46,274 nt of DNA from Octopus sinensis (taxonomy: Eukaryota), in assembly GCF_006345805.1 (NCBI RefSeq), contig NW_021834628.1, positions 1 through 46,274 of the forward strand. The letters are read 5' to 3'. This document shows, in pieces, positions 1 through 11,666 of this stretch. Each line of letters starts with the position of its first letter. Within the stretch, counting starts at the first letter, position 1. The notes below the pieces were generated by a model. The model ran no database searches, was not told the origin of the DNA, and saw only the letters and a list, made by a program, of their open reading frames with translations. Made by a program: the position numbers and the translations under genes.

Positions 1-330
1 CAAATCATTCGAAGCCTTCAATCTTCGATTCCCAAAGTGGGCGTTGTTTGTGTTTATTGAGCGACAACACCTAAAGTACCATGAGGCTCCGGCAGGGGGC
101 GGTGGCGATCCCTGTTGTACTCTTTCGCTCCAACTTTCTCTCACTCTTTCTTCCTGTTTCTCGACTCCGACTTCCTACGCAACCGCTGAGCCTGGATTCG
201 CAGTCATCCACCCGTCGATGCTCTCGGTGGTGGTGGGAGGTTGACCTGCTTTCTCTTCTGCGGGTCTTACGGATAGCAAAGGACCACGTTTCGGACTTCT
301 CCCATCTTGCGAGCTCTCGGACGAAGACCG
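1..330 (+). mobile_element. SINE-type interspersed repeat, cut by the window edge (same family as 19535-19787)
   Basis: 60-150 (acctaaagtaccatgaggctccggcagggggcggtggcgatccctgttgtactctttcgc...ttctctcactctttcttc) aligns by eye with 19588-19675. Extension to about 330 is from recollection of the family and is less certain. Confidence 0.65.
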
Positions 331-913
331 TTCGCTCAACAGCAACAGCAACGGCAACAGCAGCAACAATGCCAATTCCATCACCAGCAACGGTCAACTT
401 TACGAGGTAACATTTAAGGGCGTTGAGCTGTAAACGAAACCGCGTTCTTTGGCGATTCATCACGAGTCACAATTATTCTGTGGCCAGTTATGATATGGAT
501 TGAAGCAGTAGGACACACAAAGTTATTGTCAACAATGATAACAGGATTATTACATGAAAGAACTGCTTTATACAGAAATTATCTATTAGTTTCTCATTAT
601 ACTTTTTGTCGGTTTCAACGATTTTCTGACGGTTGGAAGAAACCTTTGTAAGATATATGTTCAGCATTAACTTGATAAGATCGGAGTAGTTTATAACAGA
701 TTACAATCAATAGCTATTGTTCCAGTGTAATCATCTGTCGTGATATCTTCGGCCTAAAGTGAAGAAGATATTAGAAGACTTTAGCGTATATATACATGTT
801 TGAATGTGTGGATAAGGCATGCTTGTGTGTGTGTGTGTATAAGAATACAAGAGAAAAGAAACGGAGTAGATAAGCTATATATAATATATGTGTGTGTATG
901 TGTGTGCATATGT

Positions 914-958
<45 letters not shown>

Positions 959-1114
959 ACATATATATATATTGAATTGAAGTCTGAGATCTTCGTGCGT
1001 TTGCACTTATAAAACTCTTATCAATGTTTGATAAGTGAAAATGAACGGAACTGTCGAACTCTGAGTCACTGTTACTTCAGCTAAGTATTAATGATATACA
1101 TGTATAGGGAGATG

Positions 1115-1345
1115 GGCGGCGAGCTGGCAGACACCTTAGCGCGCCGGACGAAATGCATAGCGGTATTTCGGCTGTCATTACGTTCTGAGTTCAAATTCCG
1201 CCGAGGTCAACTTTGCCTTTCATCTTTTCGGGGTCGATAAATAAAGTACCAGTTTCGCACTGGAGGTCGATGTAATCGACTTAATCCCTTTGTCTGTCCT
1301 TGTCTGTCCCCTCTATGTTAACCCCCTTGTGGGCAATAAAAAATA
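1115..1345 (+). mobile_element. tRNA-derived SINE, family A
   Basis: Head ggcggcgagctggcag, box gagttcaaattccgccgaggtc, body ctttgcctttcatc...agtaccagt, tail ccccttgtgggcaataaa. The same sequence recurs many times in the window. Confidence 0.85.
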
Positions 1346-1707
1346 GATATACATGTATAGATAGATAGATATAAGGATATAAACATCTGTGTATCATAGA
1401 TATTTGTATGTCATCGCTTATTTACACGTGTTTGTGCGTGCGTCAGTGTGTGTGTGTGTGTGTGTGTGCGTGTGTACACACATGGCCTAGTAGTACTGGT
1501 TAGTGTGTTGCTCTCATGATCGATTGATTGTGGTTTTAGTTCCTGCACAGGTCGATGTGATTTGTTATTGAATAAAAGTATTCATCTCAGATCGATTTAA
1601 TCGATTTGATCACCAGAATCAAATCGTTTGTGCAGATTATTCAGTAAGATAGTCCTGAAGAGTCTTACTCCGACTACGAGAGTCTACCATTGTCATATCT
1701 GTGTGTG

Positions 1708-1738
<31 letters not shown>

Positions 1739-2156
1739 TTGGATAAACCTACGTGGTATAATTTCAAACAAGTCAATTGTATCTATCCTTTTGTAGAGTA
1801 TAAAAATGAATTACATGTTTAATCGATTTTTTTGAGCCTTATTATAACCCCGAGTGTGAGGTATCCCTCGTCTGACCAATCCCAAAAAAACAAATACGCA
1901 TTCTGATAATGTGGATATCAAATCTAGAGGATCCCGCAGAAGTGGAGCAACAAATTTGCATGCTATTAATGTATATCCACTTTATTTAATATCAGCAGCA
2001 TATCACACTGTATGTACACGCAGAAACGCCCGCACACATACATTTATGTGTGTTGCTCGAGGTCACTTTCCGTTCCCTCCATGTCACAATATGTTTCTAT
2101 CTCGTATCGGTCTTCTCAGCCACCTCTGCTCCCTTGAGAAACAATGCGCTGCCAAT

Positions 2157-2340
2157 ACATACATACATACATACATACATACATACATACATACATACAT
2201 ACATACATACATACGTACATATGTATTATATATATTTGTGTGTATGTATATTATATAATATATATATATACATACACACAAATATAAGTATGTGTGTATA
2301 TATATATATGTATGTATATATATATTAATATATATATATA
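2157..2340. repeat. (TACA)n / (TA)n compound microsatellite
   Basis: Directly visible; explains the HTYI/MYVC ORFs. Confidence 0.95.
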
Positions 2341-2349
2341 CATGTATAT

Positions 2350-2530
2350 GTTTGTGTGTCTTGTCCCCCCACCATCGCTTGACAACCGATGTTGGTGTGT
2401 TTACGTCCCCATAACCTGGTGCAGGCTGACAAAACAGACCGATAGAATAAGTGCTGGGTCGATCTCTTCGACTACAGACGGTGCTCCAGCATGGCCGCAG
2501 TCATATGACTGAAACAAATAAAAGGATAAA
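2350..2530 (+). mobile_element. SINE family B, 3' half
   Basis: ttgtccccccaccatcgcttgacaaccgat...ggtgctccagcatggccgcagtca.atgactgaaac matches the 3' half of the full copy at 23521-23905. Confidence 0.85.
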
Positions 2531-3129
2531 AGCATACACACCCACACACACACACACACATATATATATATACACACTCATATACATACACACATACACA
2601 CATATATTGTATATATTTGTGTGCGCGCACGTGTATGTGTGTACAAATATCTATCCCAGTAGCTTACCTATTGCTATGAGAAGTAGCAGTTGCGAGACTA
2701 TAAGTAGCAGTCGAAGCGACAGAGCGGAAAATGAACTGCGGTAGCGGCTGCAACTAGCTTATTGTTGAACCGTGAAAGCTGCAGCTGCAAGTATGGTATG
2801 CAAACATTGTAATAACGTATAGATACACTATGTCGTAGAAGTTGCAGGTGCAGTAGCAAGATCTATGCTGCACCGTTAATGTAATACCGTATACGTGCGC
2901 TCTGTGGTAGGAGAAGAGATGCAGAAACAAAATTTACCGTGCACGATTGATATGATAAAGTGAATGTGCCATGTGGAAAAAGTTGCAGAAGCAACGGTAC
3001 GATGTATGATGCACGAACAATATTAAAACCTACGTATTGTGTGGGACAAGGGAAAGAGTCTTGAAACAAGTCAGGTTTTGTAATAATAATTTCTACGATA
3101 AGCACAAGGTCAGAAAATTCAACGAGGGG

Positions 3130-3895
3130 GATGAAAGGCAAAGTCGACCTCGGCGGAATTTGAACTCAGAACATAGCGACAGGCAAAATACTTCTAAGCT
3201 TTTCGTCCAGCGTGCTAACGATTAGTTTCTACTCTAGGCACAAGGCTCGAAAGTTTAGGAGAGTGGGGCCGGTCATTTAGATTGACCCCAGTGTGCATTT
3301 CTTCCCCGCATGCTAACGTTTCTTATTTCTTCATTACCCACAAGGGGATAAACATAGAGGGGACAAATAAGGACAGACAAACCGATTAGGTCGATTATAT
3401 TGACTCCAGTGCGTAACTGGTACTTATGTAGTCGACTCCGAAAGGATGAAAGGCAAAGTCGACCGCGGCGGAATTTGAACTCAGAACGTTGCGTCAGACG
3501 AAATACCTATTTCTTTACTACTCACAAGGGGCTAAACACAGAGAGGACAAACAAGGACAGACAAAGGGATTAAGTCGGTTATATTGACTCCAGTGCGTAA
3601 CTGGTACTTATGTAGTCGACTCCAAAAGGATGAAAGGCAAAGTCGACCGCGGCGGAATTTGAACTCAGAACGTTGCGGCAGACGAAATACGTATTTCTTT
3701 ACTACCCACAAGGGGCTAAACACAGAGAGGACAAACAAGGACAGACAAAGGGATTAAGTCGATTACATCGACCGAAGTGCGTAACTGGTACTTATTTAAT
3801 CGACCCCGAAAGGATGAAAGGCAAAGTCGACCTCGGCAGAATTTGAACTCAGAACGTAGCGCCAGACGAAATACTACTAAGCATTTCGCTCGTCT
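3130..3895 (-). mobile_element. SINE family A cluster: one head fragment plus a head-to-tail trimer (units about 184 bp, starting 3323, 3507, 3691)
   Basis: Three consecutive copies of ...aggggctaaacacagagaggacaaacaagg...gaaaggatgaaaggcaaagtcgacc.cggcggaatttgaactcagaacg...gacgaaatac. Confidence 0.9.
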
Positions 3896-4129
3896 CGCGC
3901 CGTTCCTTTAATATCTCAAAGAAAAGGCTGTTGCTTTTATGCTTAGCCTAGGCTACATACCCGAAATTTGAAATTTTAGTATGATACTTTCTACTAAGTT
4001 TAGTCATCGAGGCAAAACGTAACTACATTATTACGTGACCACGTGATCGACCTGACTATTTTAAGTTACTTTACATCGCTGTTTACAGTGCATTTTCCCT
4101 CATTTGGGGTTTCGAATAATGCTACCCTG

Positions 4130-4330
4130 CTGATTGGGCGGGTAGGTCAACATTCCCTCCGACCGGAAGGCTAGTCTGTCACAGCGAACGGTTTACAGCT
4201 GAATGAGGCCTGGAGCAACGTGAAATGAAGTGCTTTGCTCATGAACACAAGGCGCAACCCGTCTGGGAATCGAACCTACGATCTCAGGATCGTGAGCACA
4301 GCACGCTTAACCACAAAGCCACGCACCTTC
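4130..4330 (-). mobile_element. tRNA-derived SINE with a CORE-like box
   Basis: Minus strand: gtggctttgtggttaagcg (A-box-like), ggttcgattccc (B-box), then ttcatgagcaaagcacttcatttcacgttgctcc. Confidence 0.7.
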
Positions 4331-5094
4331 ATTAACTTATAAGTTACGTCATGGGCTTAATGAAAAGGTCACATGTTCATCTTTAAATTGCAAATCCACA
4401 TTAGAGGTAAAGTCGTTCGAATATCAGACAAAATTATACAAGGTATTTCCTCCGGTTCTTTACGTTTTCAGTTCAGGTAGACTTAGCCTCTCATCCCCTC
4501 GGTTTGATAAATTAAAGTACTAGTCGTGGACTGGGTTTGATTTACGCTATCCTGATGCCAATGTTTGAATCCATGATATAGAATAAAATGTGAATATCAA
4601 TGAGAAGTGGAAATGTGCATATCAATGAGAAGTGGAGAAGGTTAATAATTTATTTTCATCGTCTGCTTTGTTAAAGAAGTTGCAGCTATACCATGCAATG
4701 ACACCCCAAAAACAGAAAATTTTGATTATTTCAATCTGGCTTTATCTTTGTTTCGTAATATTCATTATTAGATTTGTAGACACACTTCCAATTAGATTAT
4801 ATATATATGTCTATTTTACAGAAAAAAATATATCTATTTTGCAGAAAAAATATACCTATACAGAAAAAAAGAAAGTCAAAAAAAAATCTTATTTAGTTAT
4901 AAATTCGCACAAGCTTATACATGCAACATCTGAGCAACAGTGTTCTTTGATACACAGGTTGAATATAGATAAAAAGGAAACAGGATGTACAGATACATAG
5001 ATACAATCATGTACACATGCATACATATATATATATACATGACGTACACATATCCATGCAGAGCACACACTTATATATGTATGCATACACACAC

Positions 5095-5197
5095 ATGTAT
5101 ACACATACATACATACATACATACATACCTACATACATACATACATACATACATGCATACATGCAAACATACATACATACATACATACATACATACA

Positions 5198-5228
<31 letters not shown>

Positions 5229-5240
5229 GTATGTATACGC
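5095..5240. repeat. (TACA)n microsatellite
   Basis: Directly visible. Confidence 0.95.
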
Positions 5241-5282
5241 ATGCGTATAAAAAAGAACGCAATTCCGATAACGGACAGAATC

Positions 5283-5410
5283 AATGACTATTGAAAAGTT
5301 TGGAAGTCGCAACGTAAATTTTAGTAAGAAATAATAAGTGAATGAGTGGAAATCTGACCAGTGTGTGTGTTGAATTAACGAGGTGCTAGAAGAGAATGAC
5401 TCTCCCCAGA
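5283..5410 (+). mobile_element. Half copy of fold-back family E (see 45170-45445)
   Basis: gaatgagtggaaat...gaagagaatgactctccccagacaaaa matches the right arm at 45360-45440. Confidence 0.6.
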
Positions 5411-5591
5411 CAAAATAGAAACAGGAGAAAAAACAATGAATACATTTAAATGGTTAGTGAATTTAGAAGCTAGTGAGTAACATGCGTGAGTTGGTATCAC
5501 AAAGTTCAAGGAGAAGTTATTGAGAGTCACTTGACCCTGTTATCTCCCCTACTGTCACTCTCGCGGTTGACCTTTCTGTCTGATGTCAGAC

Positions 5592-5795
5592 GCCATGATA
5601 GATCGTTAGCCACTACATGCATTTTTTTCTCTCCTTATTTCTCTCCTTGTTTTTTTTTCTGTGTATCTTTCTGTCGAAGAGCGTAGGCTCGAAACGTAAA
5701 AGACTTTTTCTATTCCTGAACGCTATACTAATACATTTGTTTGTTTGTACACCACCTGCCTTCGTCTTTTGTTTATTTTCGTAAACTTTCCCTTT
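5592..5795 (+). mobile_element. Short repeat family D, probable PLE 3' end, with a variant hammerhead at 5666-5703
   Basis: Recurs on the minus strand at about 21420-21545 and 40465-40630 (gaagagcgtaggctcgaaacgtaaaagactttttctattcctga.cg..atactaatacat). Confidence 0.75.
5666..5703 (+). ncRNA. Variant minimal hammerhead ribozyme-like motif (family D)
   Basis: TCTTT-CTGTCGA-A-GAG cgtagg CTC-GAAA-CGT-A-AAAGA: 5-bp stem I, 3-bp stem II, ACGT palindrome as stem III, GUA site. The core differs from CUGANGA (A6U plus one extra purine). Confidence 0.45.
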
Positions 5796-5799
5796 AATA

Positions 5800-6268
5800 A
5801 AAGTTAACTTGTTTACCTAAATTTTAACATCATCTACTTCGACATAGTCACCTTGCGCAGGAGTACACCAGTCCCAGCGTTCCTGCTACTTTTGGAATCT
5901 GGCTTGGAAGTCGTTTTCTGTAAATGAGTCGACAACCTTCTGCGATTCGCTGAGCATCTCGACAACGATGCTAAAATGGCGATCTTTGAGCTGCATTTTC
6001 ATCTTGGAGAAAAGATGGAAGACCGCAGGTGCACAATTTGGCGAATAGGGTGGATGCGGAAGCAATAACATGTTCTTTTAGGACAAAAACTCACGATTGT
6101 GGAGAGTTCGTTGACAGAGTGCATTGTCGTAGTGAAGAATGCAATTCTTCGTGCTCCACACATTCGGTCGCTTCCTGCGAATGTCCTCCCGCAGACGTTT
6201 CAAAACGTCGCAGTAGAACTCTTGATCGACGGCCTGGCCCTGGGGCACGAATGTATACCCATTTGAAT
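5800..6268 (-). pseudogene. mariner transposase C-terminal relic
   Basis: Minus-strand translation EFVPQGQAVDQEFYCDVLKRLREDIRRKRP...LHYDNA...LLPHPPYSPNCAP...WDWCTPAQGDYVE matches the mariner HHDNA, YSPDLAP and GDYFE motifs; contains stops. Confidence 0.9.
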
Positions 6269-6344
6269 TGAGAAAAGGATACTCTCAGCTATAATGGGAA
6301 TTAAACCAGGAAACCAGTGAAAAATTGGATGTTTCCAGCTCTCT

Positions 6345-6379
<35 letters not shown>

Positions 6380-6380
<1 letters not shown>

Positions 6381-6535
6381 GAAGCATTAGCAAAGGAAAA
6401 TGGAATATTCGGGAAATTTTATTGATCACACCGTTCGCTTCGACACATCCTGCATCGCTCACTTCCCTCGCAGGTGGGAAACTAATTAATTTCGGTACAT
6501 CCCACGGTACAAAATCCCCTCATCGGGTGACATAA
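6380..6535 (-). mobile_element. Probable PLE-type end (family G) abutting (TA)n, with a degenerate hammerhead-like core
   Basis: Minus strand gtcac-CCGATGAG...GTACC-GAAATTAATT; its 3' end runs into (TA)n at 6348-6379. Confidence 0.35.
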
Positions 6536-7357
6536 TAATGTAACTCGTTACATAAGTGATGTTTCGTTCTGTAAGATTAACTAGAGTATGCTGTTAGTGG
6601 TTGTACCTTAAGTACAAAGGGAAGGAATGCCAAAGAGCAGGTTTAGTTGCGAAGCTGTGGATACAAACTGGAAGTAATTAAGAAAAATGATAAATAAAGA
6701 ATAAGGAAAATACTGCGTAGAATAAAGTAAAATAAACGGTGAAGTGTGTTTGTATCCATCACACGGTAGTCGTTTACACAAACACTTCCACATATTTGTA
6801 GATAGGCTAATGGCAATAAATCTTTTCATCGCCATCCATCCTTGCAAGCGTGACGCCAGAGGGCCAGACGTCATGCTTCAAGGAAATATGGTCACAAATT
6901 TTAATGACTATTTGGCGCACACATATATCCCAACATAAGCCTACACAAACACACACACACATACACACACGCACGCACACACGCACACACACACACACAC
7001 ATACAAACAGATATATTCATACACATTTACATACGCATTTTTCTAATAAAACTTGTCTTTTGATGGAAGCTAAGAAATCGATATATTTATCTCTCTTTTG
7101 TTTCGAAATTTATTTTAGTAATTGGTTGCATTTTGTGAATTATTCTAAATCTAATTATACCGCAGTGGTGGTGGTCATGATGGGTTGCGGTGTGGCATTT
7201 GTTATATTTCGTTTTGAGCTTCGAAATTTGGAATTATTTTTTGTTTTGTTTTATTTTTCTTATTTTGAACGAATGAAAGAATGAAGATTATTCAACAAAC
7301 CGTTATTAAGGTGGATTTATACATTGTTGATCAGCTGTATAATTAAATAATAATAAT

Positions 7358-7796
7358 ATCTTGCTCAATACCAAGGATTTGCTGGTCAGTTGTTTGACTT
7401 TAACCAACTGACCATGTCCATTGGTGGTTGACGATATGTGCATCGCTGAACACGAGCAGAAGTGGTGGAGGAGCATCATAGCCGTGGGTTGAGAGGAATT
7501 CTTGGGGCTTGGATAATTCACCTCTGCAAACAAGGTGTTTCGTCCAGCATAATAAGACAACCTTTATTTAGGGATCTTTTGAGCTGAATAGGATACTCGA
7601 TGTGACGAAATTTTCTACTGGGACCCACCTGCAAGGTCATGCGCTGTTTATCTTGATATGAGAACACCATGTAACGCATGTTTGTGATGCATGTGCCTGA
7701 TGTACCCTTATCAGACGGGTAGTCATGATGGGTATACTGGGCTTCGTATATTTTACCCCAGTGTCACTTTGATGGCATTGCACAGCTCTCTCACTC
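7358..7796 (+). mobile_element. Interspersed repeat family C, 5'-truncated copy flanked by (AAT)n
   Basis: Homologous to 8070-8574 and, inverted, to 10771-11072; ends ...gctctctcactc followed by (AAT)n. Confidence 0.8.
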
Positions 7797-7841
<45 letters not shown>

Positions 7842-7856
7842 TATTATTATTATTAT

Positions 7857-8068
7857 TTCTACATTAGGCACAAGGCCTTGAAAAGTTTGACGGAAGGTGG
7901 ATAATCGATTACATCGACCCCAGTGCCTAACTGGTACTTATTTCATCGACTACGAAAGGATGAAAGGCAAAGACAGCCTCGGCGGAATTTTAACTCAGAA
8001 TGTAAATTCGGTCTAAATATCGCTTATCATTTCACACGGAGTCTTAACGATTCTGCCAGCTCACCGCT
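7857..8068 (-). mobile_element. SINE family A variant (aggcacaaggcc tail)
   Basis: gaaaggatgaaaggcaaagacagcctcggcggaatttt...gattctgccagctcaccgc. Confidence 0.75.
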
Positions 8069-8069
8069 T

Positions 8070-8574
8070 TAAAGTTGTACCGGGCACTGGCTCTCATACT
8101 TTCTAATCTTAACGGTTTGCAAGTGTTGCGATGTACATGTTTTGTCTTGGTGCAAAAGATGGGCTACAGCAAATATTCTGCTGAATACCACAGATTTGCT
8201 TGCCAGTTGTTTGACCTTAACCAGTTGAGCATGTCCTTTAGTGGCTGACGATATGTGCATCTCTGATCACGAGCAGAAGTAGTAGGGGGCATCATAGCCA
8301 TGTGTTGTGAGGAATTCTTTAGGGTATTTCATTCAACATTCTTAAACAACTCATTGACATTTTGAGTGGAATGGGCTATTCAACCTGTCTAACTGGGTTC
8401 CACCTGCAAGGTCATGCACTGTTTATCTTGAAATGAGATCATGTCACGCACACATGGTTGTGAAGAATGCACCTCGTGTGACCTTATCATGATGGTAGTC
8501 ATGATGGGTATATTCGACTTCTTTATAAATTTCACCATAATGTCACTTTGATGATATGCGCTGCTCTCTCACTC
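8070..8574 (+). mobile_element. Interspersed repeat family C
   Basis: Colinear with 7358-7796, with a longer 5' part; ends ctctctcactc followed by gataataataat. Confidence 0.8.
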
Positions 8575-8647
8575 GATAATAATAATGATAATAACAAAAA
8601 CAACAATAACAACACTAATAATAATAGTAATAATCTTTTTTTATTAA

Positions 8648-9039
8648 TTGTTTCAGTTGTTTGACTGTGGCCATGCTGGAGCACCGCCTTTACTCGAGCA
8701 AATCGACCCCAGGATTTATTCTTTGTAAGCCTAGTACTTATTCTATCGATTTCTTTTGCCGAACCACCAAGTTACGAGGACGTAAACACACCAGCATCGG
8801 TTGTCAAGCGATGTTGGTGGGGAACAAACACTGACACACATACATACACACACACACATACATATATACATATATACAACGGACTTCTTTCAGTTTCCGT
8901 CTGCCAAATCCACTCACAAGTCTATGGTCGGCTGGAGGCTATAGTAGAAGACACTTGCCGAAGGTGCTACGCAGCGGGACTGACCCCGGAACCATGTGGT
9001 TGGTAAGCAAGCTACTTACCACACAACCACTCCTATGCC
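8648..9039 (-). mobile_element. tRNA-derived SINE family B, full length
   Basis: Reverse complement of the 23521-23905 type: head ggagtggttgtgtggtaagtagcttgc, ggttccggggtcagtcccg, internal (TA/CA) tract, tail ccagcatggccacagtca. Confidence 0.9.
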
Positions 9040-9067
9040 TAATTTTTTATATTCAGATAATATTCCT

Positions 9068-9420
9068 TTCTCCCATCGGCACAAAGCCTGAAATTTGGGG
9101 TATTACGACTACAGGATTAGTTCGACCCCAGTACTTTCTGAATACTTATTCCATCGAGCCCGAAAGCATGAAAGGTTTAGTCGACCTCGGTGAAATTCGA
9201 AATCAGAATACAAAAAGATGGACAAAATGCCGCTAAGCATTTTGTTCGCTTCGTGGCATTTCGTCCGATTTTCCGTTCTTACTTTAAGTTTTTGCCGAGT
9301 TCGACTTTGCATTCCATCCCTTCCTTGTCGATAAAACAAATACCAGTTGAACTCTGGGATCGATGCAATCGACTTATCTAATCCCTCCACCGAAAGCACT
9401 GACCTTTTGCCAAAACTTGA
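9068..9420. mobile_element. Two degenerate SINE family A copies, head to head
   Basis: Minus copy at about 9068-9250 (gaaagcatgaaaggtttagtcgacctcggtgaaattcgaa); plus copy at about 9255-9420 (gccgagttcgactttgcattccatc...aataccagtt). Confidence 0.6.
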
Positions 9421-9639
9421 TACTGACGCTGATGGTGGTGGCGCTGATATTTTTTGCGGTAAAGGATAATGAAGAAACCGTTTGTAGCAGAGCCGAGATC
9501 GTGTGTATCGGTGATAGTAGAATTGATAGGAGTCTTAGTTGGCATGGTAACCGAAGAAACGTTGATGAAAAGAAGTTAGCGGGGATGGATGTGGTTGAAA
9601 CGTGGTGAGGATTTTGAACGGAAAGTTGAAGATTACGAT

Positions 9640-9712
9640 GAATGAACTTGGATGATTGATGCAGACAACGGCAATGCTGCTACTGCTGCTGCTTCTGGTG
9701 ATGATGATGATG

Positions 9713-9744
<32 letters not shown>

Positions 9745-10135
9745 GATAAGGAAGTTAAACAGTACGAATATGATGATGTGGATGATGATGATGACGAGGA
9801 TGATGATGAAGATGATTATGATGATAATGAAGTTAAACAGTACGAATATGGTGATGATAATTATGATGACGAGGTCAACGATGACGATGATGATGATGAT
9901 GATGATGACGAGGTCGATGATGACGATGGCGATGATGATGGGGTCGACTATGACAATCATGATGATGAAGATGACAATGATAGGAATGATAATGATGTTA
10001 ACGAAGAGGGTAGGGATGATAATGATGATGATGAGTGGAGAGGAGCACGAGTAGCAGGAGGAGGTGGCCAGGTGATTAGGGTGGCGGTATTCATCATAAT
10101 TATGATAAATGTAATCAAGTTCATTATGATGATTT
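9640..10135. repeat. Degenerate (GAT)n low-complexity tract
   Basis: Directly visible; gaagttaaacagtacgaatatg occurs twice (about 9750 and 9829). Confidence 0.9.
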
Positions 10136-10339
10136 AACATTTTTTTTTAATTCGCCCTATCTTTCATTATGTTAATTTTAATGAGATCGTTTCCGTTTTA
10201 AGATGTGACTACGTCAGCGTCCATCAATTCGTCTCACTCGTCCGTATCGCAACAAGCATCAGTAAAACAGAAATGTAATTCTTTCCGAAAATAAACAGTC
10301 TTCAATAACAATGTGCTTCATATTAATATTTTTGAGAAA

Positions 10340-10634
10340 AGCATTGTTGTTGCTTTTGTCATTGTTATTGTTCTTCTTGTTCTTGCTATTGTTGTTGTTG
10401 TTGTTGTTGTTCTTCTTCTTCTTCTTCTTCTTCATCTTCTTCTTCTTTTTTCTTTTTCTTCTTCTTCTCTTCTTCTTCTTCTCTCTTCTTCTTCTTCTTT
10501 ATCCTTGTCTACTTCTTTTCCTTCTTCTTCTTTTCCTTCTTCATCTTTTCCTTCTTCTTTTTTTTCTTCTTCTTCTTCATCTACTACAACTACTACTACT
10601 ACAACCCCACCACCACCACCACCACTACTAGTAC

Positions 10635-10668
<34 letters not shown>

Positions 10669-10717
10669 TGTTCTTCTTCTCATCCTCCCCTCTTCCTTCT
10701 TCTTCTTCTTCTTCTTC

Positions 10718-10761
<44 letters not shown>

Positions 10762-10765
10762 ATTA
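10340..10765. repeat. Compound trinucleotide array (TTG)-(CTT)-(CTA/CCA)-(CTT)-(TTA)
   Basis: Directly visible. Confidence 0.95.
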
Positions 10766-10770
10766 TAATT

Positions 10771-11072
10771 AGTGTGTGAGAGGGCAGCGCGTGCCATAAA
10801 AGTGACGATAGAATACAAATATACGAAGCCCAGTATACCCATCATGACTACCCGTCTGATAAGGGTACACTAGGCACATGCATCACAACTGTATGTGTGC
10901 GGCATGGTGATCTCATATCAAGATTAACAGCGCATGACTTTGTAGGTGCGGCCCAGTTAGAATTTTCTTCAGGTCGAGTGGTCCATCCTGCACAAAAGAT
11001 CCTGAATTCAGGTTGTTTGTGAACGTTGAAGAAGGGAATTATTCAAACCCCAAAGAATTCCTCTCAGCACAT
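10771..11072 (-). mobile_element. Interspersed repeat family C, inverted copy abutting (TTA)n
   Basis: gtgagagggcagcgcgtgccataaaagtgac...gaagcccagtatacccatcatgactacccgtctgataagggtac is the reverse complement of 7700-7796. Confidence 0.8.
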
Positions 11073-11267
11073 ATGTGATCGTAGATAGACATATTGTCAC
11101 TTTGTAATTAATATCTGAAATTATTAGCAAATAATTAGATATATGATTTCAAAACCACATTTATAAACAGCATTATATTTAACAAATATATATTTTGCTG
11201 ATGTTCCGGTTTACATTGTCACATTATAAACTAAAGTTTTGTATATTCTGGAGTAAGTATTGAGATA

Positions 11268-11666
11268 CTCTTTTACTCTTTTACTTGTTTCAGGCATTTG
11301 ACTGCGGCCCAGGACTTATTTTTTGTAAGCCTAGTACTTATTCTATCGGTCTCTTATGCCGAACCGCTAAGTTATGGGGACATAAACACACCAGCATCGG
11401 TTGTCAAGAGATGATTGGGAGGACAAACACAGACAAACATATACACACAGACACATACATACATATATATTTATGTATATATATATATATACATACATAT
11501 ATACGACGGGCTTCTTTCAGTTTCCGTGTACCAAATCCACTCACAAGGCTTCGGTCGGCCCGAAGCTATAGTAGAAGACACTTGCTCAAGGTGCCATGCG
11601 GGGGGGACTGAACCCGGAACCATGTGGCTGGTGAGCAAGCACTTACCACACAGCCACTCCTACGCC
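11268..11666 (-). mobile_element. tRNA-derived SINE family B
   Basis: Colinear with 8648-9039. Confidence 0.9.

Noticed and set aside
81-410. ORFs at the window start and a possible exon ending at tacgag|gtaaca (about 405)
   Set aside because: They overlap a SINE-type repeat and a degenerate (CAG/CAA)n tract; no convincing acceptor or recognisable protein.
622-654. Hammerhead-like string CTGACGG-TTGGAA-GAAAC-CTTT-GTA
   Set aside because: A9 is missing, stem II is only 2 bp, stem III is not palindromic and stem I is weak; compatible with chance.
9652-10137. 161-aa His/Asp-rich ORF resembling an acidic metal-binding protein
   Set aside because: All frames are open because it is a degenerate (GAT)n tract; no ATG context, signal peptide or splice evidence.
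10311-10845. Long Leu/Phe/Ser/Glu homopolymer ORFs
   Set aside because: Translations of compound trinucleotide microsatellites.
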